Assembly (NCBI GenBank): GCA_043745805.1
Contig: JAYTSD010000032.1
Span: forward strand, 1-64,000
Direction: 5' to 3'
Length of the DNA: 64,000 bases
Source: Fibrobacteria bacterium
GTDB taxonomy: Bacteria; Fibrobacterota; Fibrobacteria; UBA11236
Part shown: piece by piece, positions 19,094-28,105 of the stretch
Position numbering within the stretch: position 1 is the stretch's first letter
Layout: each line of letters starts with the position of its first letter
The notes under the pieces: model-generated
What the model saw: only the letters and a program-made list of their open reading frames with translations
The model's database searches: none
What the model was told of the DNA's origin: nothing
Made by a program: the position numbers and the translations under genes

Positions 19094-20539
19094 TTAAAAT
19101 GCTTTGATGTGACCCTCTTTAAGCATAAATATTTTAGGACCTATTACTGGTTCGTCAATACGTAAAGTACTCGTTCCAATTTTAAGTGTTACCCCAGGGA
19201 AAATTTTTCTTTCTACGCGAATGCGTAATTCTGGGCGCAGATAATTGTTTTGAATGGATTCTAATAATTTTATTTTTTTCTCTTCCAGCATGGGAATGGT
19301 TTGTTCAATTTCTCCGGAAGCTTCGCGCATTTCCAAAAGGATTTTAGTTTCTTCGGCGCTTAATTTTTTTTGCTCTTTAAAAAGTTCTTTAAGGCGATGA
19401 ATGCGCAAGCTTAGCTTCTGAAAATTTTGATTAAGTTCTTTAATTTTTTCTTCTATGCGTAAGCGATTATCTTCTAATAAATAATCACAACCTACTTCCA
19501 AATCAGTTTTGCGGGCGAATTCATTACCAATGATAGTCGTACTGATTTCCAAATTGGCGCGCGTAAGGCCACCAATAATAGGGCCTAGGAGGCTAATGTT
19601 TTCCCGTGAAAATAATTGGCAATTCATACTTTCTTTTTCAATAAGTATGGATCCATGTGCGCGAATGATTTGATTGGAGGTAAACCCCGCGGTTACGGAG
19701 CCTTTAGCCTGCACCGAACCTTGTCCACTGCCAATGAAACCGGTTTTAAAGAGAACATTGCCACCGCAAATAATTTTTGCATCGCCGGTTTGTCCATTGA
19801 TTTCTAAATCCCCACCGATTTTTAATTCAAAGCCATCTTTCACATCACCGGCAATTTTAACGCTGTATTCATAGGCTATATGTCCCGTTGAATAGTCCAC
19901 GGAACCCGCAATTTCTAAACAATCTTGCACATGAATTAAGCCATCGGCTATGCGGAAATATCCGGGAATAGCGGCGACCAATAATAATGCATCTTCTGGA
20001 GACTCTTGTACATTACTCCCAATAGGCCAAGCAATATCCTCTCCATTAGGGCCAGGGACCGGATCGCCCCGTAGATTTTTAAACAGGATGCCCTTTTCGG
20101 CAGGAATTTTTTTCACTAAGACTTGGTTTTTTTCAACCGCTTGAATTAAAGAAATTTTTTTGAAATCAACTTGTCCATGCGCTTCTTGCGAGCCATTTAG
20201 TTTTTTATCTGTAGAAAAAAGATATTCTAAACGCGCTTTGGCTCCAGGCTTTGGAGGTGGCGCTTCGGCAATGCGAATAGTTAAGGCAGCTTTTTTTTGA
20301 TTCCATTGTGAGGCCGCTAAAGCGAGGCGCTCAGGAAGAATAAATTCGGGTAAAATTCCATCGGCTTTTAATTTTTCCATTACCCAATCAGCATTAATAT
20401 CGCCCAAGGGAAGTTCGGCCGGTTCTAAAGTTAAAGTTGCGGAAAATTTATCCAAAGATATAGCGAGACGTGCCCGAGGCATGCTTCCATTGCTTGGTGT
20501 TAACGTCTTTGTTGGAGACGGATCGCTTGCTAAACTCAT
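19094..20539 (-). CDS. fapA: FapA / DUF342 family protein
   Basis: GQVDFKK, VDYSTGHI, glycine-rich beta-solenoid, KTDLEVG, coiled coil, KIFPGVTLKIG. Confidence 0.85.
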   Translation of the reverse strand: MSLASDPSPTKTLTPSNGSMPRARLAISLDKFSATLTLEPAELPLGDINADWVMEKLKADGILPEFILPERLALAASQWNQKKAALTIRIAEAPPPKPGAKARLEYLFSTDKKLNGSQEAHGQVDFKKISLIQAVEKNQVLVKKIPAEKGILFKNLRGDPVPGPNGEDIAWPIGSNVQESPEDALLLVAAIPGYFRIADGLIHVQDCLEIAGSVDYSTGHIAYEYSVKIAGDVKDGFELKIGGDLEINGQTGDAKIICGGNVLFKTGFIGSGQGSVQAKGSVTAGFTSNQIIRAHGSILIEKESMNCQLFSRENISLLGPIIGGLTRANLEISTTIIGNEFARKTDLEVGCDYLLEDNRLRIEEKIKELNQNFQKLSLRIHRLKELFKEQKKLSAEETKILLEMREASGEIEQTIPMLEEKKIKLLESIQNNYLRPELRIRVERKIFPGVTLKIGTSTLRIDEPVIGPKIFMLKEGHIKAF

Positions 20540-20637
20540 AATTAAATCACATTATTGAGCGAATTTGCTCTTTTATTGGTCAACGACAATTTACCCTTTC
20601 CGCTGGTGTTTATATTATAGGGGCTAGGGGAGAAAAA

Positions 20638-22665
20638 GTGCAATCTGAAATTTCGTTAAAAGTTAAAGTTCTTATTCCCGGCGGGATGTCCGAACTCTTT
20701 TGGTATCATGCGAATGTTGAAATGAAAGTTGAAGTCTGTTCTTTGGTGCAGGTAACGCTAAAATCCAAAACTGTAACGGGATTAGTACTAGAAGTGGGTT
20801 ATCCCGATTTGCCCTTTAAAACCAAGCCCATAGTGGGTTTGGCAGCGAAAAATACTTGGGTATCACCGAGTTGGGTGGAACTTTTACAATGGTTAAGTCG
20901 CTACTATTTAACTCCATTACCTCAAGTTTTAAGCGTATGTTTACCTAAATTTGCTTGGCGTTTTTTATTTGCCGAGCCACCTAAACTTAGAGTATCGCGT
21001 AAAAAGAAAATCCAGATGGTTGAAGCCGATGCTTCCGCATTAATTCTCAATAGCGAACAACATGAAGCTATAAATGCTATAGCCGAACCGCTAAGCAAAA
21101 ATCATTTTCAACCTTTTTTATTACATGGCATAACTGGTAGCGGTAAAACTTTAGTGTATTTGCATTTGGCCAAGCAAGCAATTGAGCAAGGGAAAAATGT
21201 TTTAGTGCTTTTGCCCGAAATTGCGTTGACGCCGCAAACTTTAGGACGCTTTCAAGCTTTTTTAGATCAAAAAGTATATGCTTTTCATAGTAACTTAGGC
21301 GTTACGGATAGGCGTGAATTATGGAAAGCGTTGTTTGCGAAAACCGCGCGGGTTATTGTGGGCGCACGCTCGGCTGTATTATGTCCGATGGATAATATTG
21401 GTTTAATTATTGTTGACGAAGAACATGATGGGAGTTATAAACAAAGTGAAATGGCTCCCCGTTATCAGGCGCGGGATGTGGCGGTTTATCGGGCTAAACA
21501 AATGGGTTGTCCAGTGATTTTAGGAAGTGCGACGCCATCCCTTGAAAGTTACTATGCTGCACAAACGGGTAAATTTACATTGCTCACCATGAATCATCGA
21601 GCCACTGGTGTATCCTCGCCCACGGTACGCTTAGTAGATATGCGCGAACAATTCGAATTGCAAGGTCCCTTGCCGCTTTCGATTCCACTTCGCGAAGCGA
21701 TGCAAAAGGCTTTGGAAAAAAATGAACAAATCATTTTATTTTTGAATCGCCGAGGTTATGCGCATCGTCGCGTATGCCAAGGTTGTGGCTCACCGCAGCA
21801 ATGTCAAAATTGCGCCTTACCTTTGGTGGTACATAAAAAAGTACAGAAATTAAAATGTCATTATTGTGATTTTTCTTTGAGTTATAGCGCACCTTGCCAA
21901 GCATGTGGTTCGCCTTCCTTTTTGGAAGTGGGTCGCGGCATCGAAAAAATCGAAGAGTATATTAAGCAAATTTTTCCTGCGGCAGGTATTTCACGATTGG
22001 ATAGAGACACGACCGATCCCGTGGGTGGACCGGATGAAATTTTGCAAGAGTTTAAAAGTGGGGTAACCCAGATATTACTGGGTACGCAAATGGTGGCTAA
22101 GGGCCATGATTTTCCGCGCGTAAATTTGGTGGGTGTACTCGATGCTGATATGGGTCTTGGCATGTCGGACTTTCGTGCGCAAGAACGTTCCTTTCAATTG
22201 ATCACGCAAGTAAGTGGCCGCGCAGGCCGCCATCATGCAGGCGGGCAAGTTTTTTTACAAACCTTTAAAGCCGACAATCCGATTTTACAATTTGCTTTGA
22301 CCCATCATTATGAAAATTTTTATGCCGCCGAAATAGAAATGCGTCAGGAATTACAGTACCCCCCTTTTCGTCGCTTATTATTAGTGGAAATTTCAGGTGA
22401 AGATGAACATTTAGTATTAGAGCAAATGCAACAGTTCGCCGAAATTTTTAAAGTACTTGCCGAAAAAGTGGAGGCTATTGTTTTAGGGCCAAGCTTTGCC
22501 GTACTTAAACGCATTAAGCGGCAATACCGTGCGCATCTCATTGCTAAAGGGAAAGCACCCAATCAATTGCAATGGTTGATGGAGGAAAGTTTAAAGCAGT
22601 TTAAAGCCGATCCCTCCGGTAAGACTCGCGTGCGAGCGGATATGGATCCTGTGGCTTTGATGTGA
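20638..22665 (+). CDS. priA: Primosomal protein N'
   Basis: LLHGITGSGKT, PEIALTPQ, DEEHD, GSATPS, LNRRGY, four CxxC pairs, GTQMVAKGHDFP. Confidence 0.97.
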   Translation: MQSEISLKVKVLIPGGMSELFWYHANVEMKVEVCSLVQVTLKSKTVTGLVLEVGYPDLPFKTKPIVGLAAKNTWVSPSWVELLQWLSRYYLTPLPQVLSVCLPKFAWRFLFAEPPKLRVSRKKKIQMVEADASALILNSEQHEAINAIAEPLSKNHFQPFLLHGITGSGKTLVYLHLAKQAIEQGKNVLVLLPEIALTPQTLGRFQAFLDQKVYAFHSNLGVTDRRELWKALFAKTARVIVGARSAVLCPMDNIGLIIVDEEHDGSYKQSEMAPRYQARDVAVYRAKQMGCPVILGSATPSLESYYAAQTGKFTLLTMNHRATGVSSPTVRLVDMREQFELQGPLPLSIPLREAMQKALEKNEQIILFLNRRGYAHRRVCQGCGSPQQCQNCALPLVVHKKVQKLKCHYCDFSLSYSAPCQACGSPSFLEVGRGIEKIEEYIKQIFPAAGISRLDRDTTDPVGGPDEILQEFKSGVTQILLGTQMVAKGHDFPRVNLVGVLDADMGLGMSDFRAQERSFQLITQVSGRAGRHHAGGQVFLQTFKADNPILQFALTHHYENFYAAEIEMRQELQYPPFRRLLLVEISGEDEHLVLEQMQQFAEIFKVLAEKVEAIVLGPSFAVLKRIKRQYRAHLIAKGKAPNQLQWLMEESLKQFKADPSGKTRVRADMDPVALM

Positions 22666-22676
22666 CGGTAGAAGTT

Positions 22677-22778
22677 GGGCGTGACCCCTCCGCTAAGGTT
22701 GTGGGGTCGGGCTGTGCAGGGCTTGCTTCGCTACGGTGCTTACGCACTGGCTTCGCCACCCTTACCATCCCTCACGCA
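22677..22778 (+). ncRNA. Structured GC-rich intergenic element, Flavo-1-like RNA motif or REP-like repeat
   Basis: GGGCGTGACCCC...GGGGTCGGGCT...CATCCCTCACGC; terminal GCGTGA/TCACGC pairing plus internal hairpins. It resembles my recollection of Flavo-1; not tested with a covariance model. Confidence 0.5.
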
Positions 22779-22798
22779 AGAATTTGTTTCTTAACTTT

Positions 22799-23170
22799 TT
22801 ATCCTACACTCGGCGTAAAAACTCGGAGGCGATGTCCATCGGGATCGCAAGCCACAAAAGTATATCCAAAATCCATGGCCGTTGGTTTTTGCAGCATAGG
22901 TAACTTACGGGTTTCCCAAAGGGCATAAACTTTTTTAACCTCTTCGTCATTCGCCACGGCAAAGGCGATTTCACTTCCGCCACTATTATTTTCCGGTTTA
23001 GGCTCAACCGTATGCTTGGCCCAAAGTCCCAACATCAAACCATTGGCGAGCGCAAATAAAACAAAGGTAGGAGACGATTCGATGGGATTTTTTTCGAGTA
23101 ATTGCGTGTAAAATTGTGAGCTACTGAGTGGGTTTTCCACATAGAGTAAAATAAAATTGGGCGCTTGCAT
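22799..23170 (-). CDS. VOC/glyoxalase-family drug-binding protein (EhpR-like)
   Basis: ILLYVENP..S..FY, SPTFVLF, GGSEIAF, MDFGYTFVACDPDGHRLRV. Confidence 0.88.
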   Translation of the reverse strand: MQAPNFILLYVENPLSSSQFYTQLLEKNPIESSPTFVLFALANGLMLGLWAKHTVEPKPENNSGGSEIAFAVANDEEVKKVYALWETRKLPMLQKPTAMDFGYTFVACDPDGHRLRVFTPSVG

Positions 23171-23216
23171 AACTTTTTCCTTTGATGATTAAATCAAAAT
23201 TAATGTTCTGAATATC

Positions 23217-23248
23217 AGTATAGAACTTCGTTATGACAGTTTCTGTCA
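23217..23248 (-). promoter_or_regulatory. Promoter of the VOC gene: TGACAG-N3-CTGTCA operator over the -35 position plus a TATACT -10
   Basis: Perfect inverted repeat at 23234-23248; minus-strand TATACT at 23222-23217; lies directly downstream of the WYL regulator gene. Confidence 0.65.
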
Positions 23249-23280
23249 GCAGTAAGATAAGATTTTAAAAACCTTGGTTT

Positions 23281-23970
23281 TTATTGCAGCGGAATGCCTT
23301 CGGAGTCCCGCCATTCTTGCAATAGAGCTTGGCGATTGAGCGGGAAAAATTCTTCGGTTGGGTATAAGGAAATGATTCTGTCGGTACGAAAATGGCGGAA
23401 GCCTTGGCGTAATTCACACCAAGCCACAATCACGCGAAGGCGATCAAAAAAGCCTAAGGCTAATGGCCAAATTATTCTTTGCGTTTCATTTTCTTTTAAG
23501 TCTTTATAGGAAATGTTGAGTTTATGCTCCTTGCGAATGGCTTGACGGATAGCGGTGAGATCGACATTCGAAGTAGGGTTTTTTTCACTCGGTCCAATTA
23601 AAAGCGCTGAGGCATGTAATTGTTCACGAAGTTCATGAGGTAACACGGAAGCTATTTTTCCTAAGGCCGCACGAGCCGCTTCGGCGAGTTTATTATCGGT
23701 TTTATCCGCCACCCAACGCATGCCAAGCACTAAAGCTTCAATTTCTTCAGGAGAAAACATTAAGGGAGGTAACATATAACCTGGCTTTAAGAGATAGCCT
23801 AAACCAGCCGCGCCATCGATGCGCGCGCCTTGGGCTTGCAAGGTAGCTATGTCACGATATACGGAACGTAGGCTAATGCCGAGTTCGGCGGCAAGCGTGG
23901 GACCCGTTACAGGGTAACGATGCTGGCGAAGGATTTGGAGAAGTTCGAGCAGACGTTCGGTGCGGGACAT
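23281..23970 (-). CDS. YafY-family HTH-WYL transcriptional regulator
   Basis: RLLELLQIL...LAAELGISLRSVYRDIATL, LPPLMFSPEE, AWCELRQGFRHFRTDRI. Confidence 0.93.
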   Translation of the reverse strand: MSRTERLLELLQILRQHRYPVTGPTLAAELGISLRSVYRDIATLQAQGARIDGAAGLGYLLKPGYMLPPLMFSPEEIEALVLGMRWVADKTDNKLAEAARAALGKIASVLPHELREQLHASALLIGPSEKNPTSNVDLTAIRQAIRKEHKLNISYKDLKENETQRIIWPLALGFFDRLRVIVAWCELRQGFRHFRTDRIISLYPTEEFFPLNRQALLQEWRDSEGIPLQ

Positions 23971-24048
23971 GGTTTTCCTAGTAATTAAATTTCATTGCGT
24001 GACTAGGGTGCGAAGCGATGAAGCCTCGATATATTTTGAATTTGATCT

Positions 24049-26316
24049 TTACTTTTTAACATAAAATGGCGCCACACTATACTCGTCTTGCAAATCTTTG
24101 TTTTCTGAAATCCAAATAACTACACCACCTAAGCAGATTGCCATTTTTGAGGCGTCTTCAAACGAAATACCTTGCTGTTCCCTCATTGCAGGATAATCAT
24201 CAAGTGCATATCCTGCTACATGAAAGTATTCATGAATGATTACCAGTTTTTGTAAATCCGCTTCCGTATCTTTTGCAAAAAATTGCGTGGTAAACAGTAT
24301 ACCTTTAAAAAACCCCGCAGGAGGTCCATAATCGTGCTGAGGAACGGCTTCTGCCAATACATTTTTTGCAGCTTCATCATCCAAGTAATAATCATTATTA
24401 GCAAGTTTTAAATTTTTGTTCTGTTGAAATTTTGGGAGTAACACATCCAATTTCTCAGATATTTTTTTATCATCGGGATCATTGAAATTAAATTTTTGCC
24501 CATTTCCACTATTAGGAAATATACCCATATATTTTCCCAATGCTTGGCATATTACATCCGCTTTTTGATATCTAGGGGATCCATTTTTAATATCATTCTG
24601 TAATTTAACCAGTGCTGTTATGGTTGTTTCCAGCGCCCTATTTCTCTTCTCTTCAAGATTTTGAATAAGGCTAAGATTTTCTCCTTCTAATCGAGGGAAA
24701 TATTTTTTTGCCGCAAGAGCTGGTACATAGTAGAGAGTTTTTCCGGTCTTTTTATCGATTATTTGTGATTCCTCAGGCCCTGTATTATTGGACATTGACG
24801 TCCCATTCGCAGAATTATTTTGTGTGTTTTGGCCCAAGGCATAATACCAGGCGGTCCAGGGCTCATCGGCGATAGTTTTGTAAATTTCTATTTCGCCGAT
24901 AAAAATGGTTTGATTAATATTTTCCTCGTCTGATATATCGGGGTTACGTCCGTATTTTATGGATTCTTTAGCTATTCCACGACGAGTAAATAATGTGGAC
25001 CAAACCGCGCCATGGGCACTAAATTTATCGTCCTTAATTTTCATAGTATTTTCATTTGTCCAGCCTGCTTGCTCTGGAGTTGGAATAGTTTTTCCAATTT
25101 TTACATCCATTAAAGCAGCATTAAAAAAACCAACTCGACTACCAAGGGGAGCATTTGTTAAAAGTAACTCTACCTCTTCAAGTGGTACAGTGTTATCGTA
25201 AACTACACCATCTGTTGCTTTATTATTTTTTACGGGCTCACCATTTTTAATTAAGATAGTTTTCATTTTTTCATTAATTGTATATCTCGAATAAATTGCT
25301 TTTGCGGACAAACCAGTAGACCGGTGATTTTTAAACCAAAATTCAGTTTGTGAAAATCGTTCATCCAATCGATATGGACCTAAAACATTCCACATGGCAT
25401 AAAGGTGATGAACTTGCACCCATTCTGCGCAATCTACTCGCCAAGCACCAAAGAGATAGTTTAAAACTGCAATATTACACATTGAACCATACATGGCTTT
25501 AATCGCGTCAGAAGGATTTTTTCCTTGTTTTAATTTTAATACTACCATTTGTAAATTACCATCTTCGCCCATCGGATTACCCGGTTCCCAATACTCTTTA
25601 TCATACCGAGCTTCTGGATTATCAATTACACTATTTCCTACTGCTCGACCGCCATTGACTCCCGCACTGAGTTCATTCGCAGCTTTGACTAAGTAATAAT
25701 TATAGGCTTCTATTACGTCAAAATACAGGAAGAGCACATAATCTAATTCGGAACCGCTGAATTCATCCATGAGTTCTGACGTTAAATCATCGCCATATTT
25801 CGCTTTATAGATTTCCCTTAATTTATTTAACGCAGAGGGATCGCGCTTGAAGGGAATGAGAGTCGCATACACAGCTTCTTCATCGGTGCCAAGCCCATTT
25901 ATTGCCTCTTTGATACGAGTAGCCGCTTGTGCATAATCGATGGACGATGAAGTTTCAATTTTTTGATCTGAATTCGCAGTGCCTCGATTTAATAGCTGCA
26001 TAGCAAATTCTAATGAGTTACCATCAAAATCACCATCGATTTCGTCCACTAATACTGTTTGATAAAGACTGAAATAAACTTTGTTAAGTTCTTCTATTGC
26101 TGTTTGATTTTGATTCAGCTCTTGCAAGGCCTGATAAACCGTAGTTTCATCCGTGCCCATTCCTTTCATCGCTTTATATATCAGATTTGCTAGTCGATGA
26201 TAATTGAGTGGAGGTGGTGGATTGTTCGTATCCTTTTTATTGGTGATGTTTAGCTTAGGAATTGGAATATCACTTCCAGGTAAATCATTTTCGCTTTTGA
26301 CTAATGGATATCCCAT
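24049..26316 (-). CDS. Putative effector: two annexin-like repeats + Tgl-like transglutaminase + HEXXH metallopeptidase domain
   Basis: KAMKGMGTDE and EAINGLGTDE repeats; LKQGKNPSDAI...VDCA...GSRVGFFN...WTNENTMKIKDDKFSAHG; IIHEYFH...D; no signal peptide. Confidence 0.72.
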   Translation of the reverse strand: MGYPLVKSENDLPGSDIPIPKLNITNKKDTNNPPPPLNYHRLANLIYKAMKGMGTDETTVYQALQELNQNQTAIEELNKVYFSLYQTVLVDEIDGDFDGNSLEFAMQLLNRGTANSDQKIETSSSIDYAQAATRIKEAINGLGTDEEAVYATLIPFKRDPSALNKLREIYKAKYGDDLTSELMDEFSGSELDYVLFLYFDVIEAYNYYLVKAANELSAGVNGGRAVGNSVIDNPEARYDKEYWEPGNPMGEDGNLQMVVLKLKQGKNPSDAIKAMYGSMCNIAVLNYLFGAWRVDCAEWVQVHHLYAMWNVLGPYRLDERFSQTEFWFKNHRSTGLSAKAIYSRYTINEKMKTILIKNGEPVKNNKATDGVVYDNTVPLEEVELLLTNAPLGSRVGFFNAALMDVKIGKTIPTPEQAGWTNENTMKIKDDKFSAHGAVWSTLFTRRGIAKESIKYGRNPDISDEENINQTIFIGEIEIYKTIADEPWTAWYYALGQNTQNNSANGTSMSNNTGPEESQIIDKKTGKTLYYVPALAAKKYFPRLEGENLSLIQNLEEKRNRALETTITALVKLQNDIKNGSPRYQKADVICQALGKYMGIFPNSGNGQKFNFNDPDDKKISEKLDVLLPKFQQNKNLKLANNDYYLDDEAAKNVLAEAVPQHDYGPPAGFFKGILFTTQFFAKDTEADLQKLVIIHEYFHVAGYALDDYPAMREQQGISFEDASKMAICLGGVVIWISENKDLQDEYSVAPFYVKK

Positions 26317-26351
26317 AGAAAGTCCTTTTTTCTGTTTTTAAATTTTACCAA

Positions 26352-26984
26352 CTATGATTTTTTACCTATCGATCCATAGGGAACACTACAAAAACACAGG
26401 TAACCTTTACCGCCATCGGCCGGAATTATTTCTAGGGAAAAATAATCTGACATTGGGGCATCGGTGAATTCCACATCTACCGTGGAAGATGCTCCACTCC
26501 CTGCTTGCGAAGGGGTATAAGAGTCACCTATTTTTTTTGACTCATTATATTTACGAGATCTGGAAAAGAGGTGTAAGCTATCTTGGCAATCCTTTGCTTC
26601 GGCCTCATTCATATCTATTCTTACGAGTATAGATCCTTGTTTAAATTCTGTATCCCCGTAACTTGCATTGGCATCGAGTTTCAAATGAGCTTCCATGGCG
26701 AAATCAACCGTTCCGCCTTTGAAGGATACAGCGACATCGGCGATAGCACCAGCCACTGCACTAAGGGAAGCCGCACCTCCAGCAACCGCGGAATTTAGGG
26801 TATCCTTAATGTTTCCTAAAGCCCCATCAGCCATGGCTTTGCCTGCGTCAATAGCACCGCCAACAGCTCCTTTGGCTGCATCCAGCGCGCCACCGACTGC
26901 TCCAGCAATATCCACTTTAGGTACGGTAACCTTGGGTACTTCGACTTTAGGTATATCTATATTTCCACTAAATCCAAAACCCAT
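26352..26984 (-). CDS. Hypothetical protein: PKV repeats, Ala/Gly-rich helical region, beta-rich C-terminal domain
   Basis: GGAG RBS; 8-nt gap from the upstream gene; no recognised family. Confidence 0.7.
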   Translation of the reverse strand: MGFGFSGNIDIPKVEVPKVTVPKVDIAGAVGGALDAAKGAVGGAIDAGKAMADGALGNIKDTLNSAVAGGAASLSAVAGAIADVAVSFKGGTVDFAMEAHLKLDANASYGDTEFKQGSILVRIDMNEAEAKDCQDSLHLFSRSRKYNESKKIGDSYTPSQAGSGASSTVDVEFTDAPMSDYFSLEIIPADGGKGYLCFCSVPYGSIGKKS

Positions 26985-26992
26985 ATTCGCTC

Positions 26993-28045
26993 CTACTCGT
27001 CACTTATGGTTTTAACATTGCCCGGAACAGTTTTAGCTGTGGGATAAATTAGTTTTGAGGTTCCAATTTTATATCCATTTTTTTCAGAACTAATGGTGTA
27101 CTCACCGGCTTTAAGTCCAAAAAAGGAAACGAAGCCATGTTCATCACTGGTTGTTTTAGCCGTAGTTGGACCTGTTAATACCACGCTTGCAAAAGGAGCA
27201 GGTTGTTTTTTAGCATCGACGATTTGCACATGAATGCCCTGACATTCAAAATCCACCGTATGTTTAACATTTTCCAACCATTTGGGATAAGGGCTGGACT
27301 CACCTTCGGAAGTAGTAGCTGTAGGCTGCGGCAGAATAGCTTGTTGGAAAAAGAAAACTTCTAATTTTCTATCGTCGGCTACAAGCCCAGAACTTGTTTT
27401 GATGTCTTCGAAATGGCCTTCCACCCCATGGGCAATAGGTGTTACGTCCTCACCCAAGGTGGTTTTTTCCAAACCCATATACGCTTCTACAATGGCTTGT
27501 CGAGTTTCAAATTCGGATTTGCCATCAACCGGTAAAGACGCCCCTTTATTTTTATTGGCATATTCCTGAAAAGCTTTTACGGCAGTATTAGTTTTTTCAT
27601 CGGTGATGCCAGAGGCATAGCCATTATAAAAAGGGTTATCGCCCTCAGGTAACACCGATAATATGAGTTGTAATTCACGCGTTCCCCAACGGGATTGGGA
27701 TTTTTTTTCCGGGCCAAATTGATTGAGCCAAGGATTGGGTTTGCCTTTTAAAAAGGCACCTAACATTTGCGCGCGATCAAACGCTATATCGGATCCAGCC
27801 AAATCTTCATCGCTGCCGGCATGGCCTACAATAAGGACTTGTGCCTTAGGGTATTTAGTGTGCATGCCAATAATGGCTTTTATTCCGGCCAATGCTTGCG
27901 GGAGTAAGAAACATTTATTGGCATCGAAAATCATTCCATTCAAACGTACTCGATCGACAATTTGCGTTTGTAATTCAGCTCTCTCTCCAGCATTAATTTT
28001 AATGCCTTTGGTGAGTTCTTTAACTGTTACGGTTAGCGTGGCCAT
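26993..28045 (-). CDS. OmpA-like + peptidoglycan-binding-like + prealbumin/carboxypeptidase-regulatory-like protein
   Basis: FDANKCFLLP...LIVGHAG...DRAQ (OmpA-like); TNTAVKAFQ...LPVDG (PG_binding_1-like); VQIVDAKKQP...SDEHGFVSFFGLKAGEY. Confidence 0.7.
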   Translation of the reverse strand: MATLTVTVKELTKGIKINAGERAELQTQIVDRVRLNGMIFDANKCFLLPQALAGIKAIIGMHTKYPKAQVLIVGHAGSDEDLAGSDIAFDRAQMLGAFLKGKPNPWLNQFGPEKKSQSRWGTRELQLILSVLPEGDNPFYNGYASGITDEKTNTAVKAFQEYANKNKGASLPVDGKSEFETRQAIVEAYMGLEKTTLGEDVTPIAHGVEGHFEDIKTSSGLVADDRKLEVFFFQQAILPQPTATTSEGESSPYPKWLENVKHTVDFECQGIHVQIVDAKKQPAPFASVVLTGPTTAKTTSDEHGFVSFFGLKAGEYTISSEKNGYKIGTSKLIYPTAKTVPGNVKTISDE

Positions 28046-28105
28046 TCGATTTACAAACCTAGGAAAATAATAAGGTGGATTTTTTTTTCATGTTCATCAT
28101 AATGT

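Noticed and set aside
22662-22928. 88-aa ORF after priA
   Set aside because: Runs through the structured repeat and antisense into the VOC gene.
23991-24022. Possible terminator after the annexin-Tgl gene
   Set aside because: The stem pairs fully only on the plus strand and has no U tract on the coding strand.
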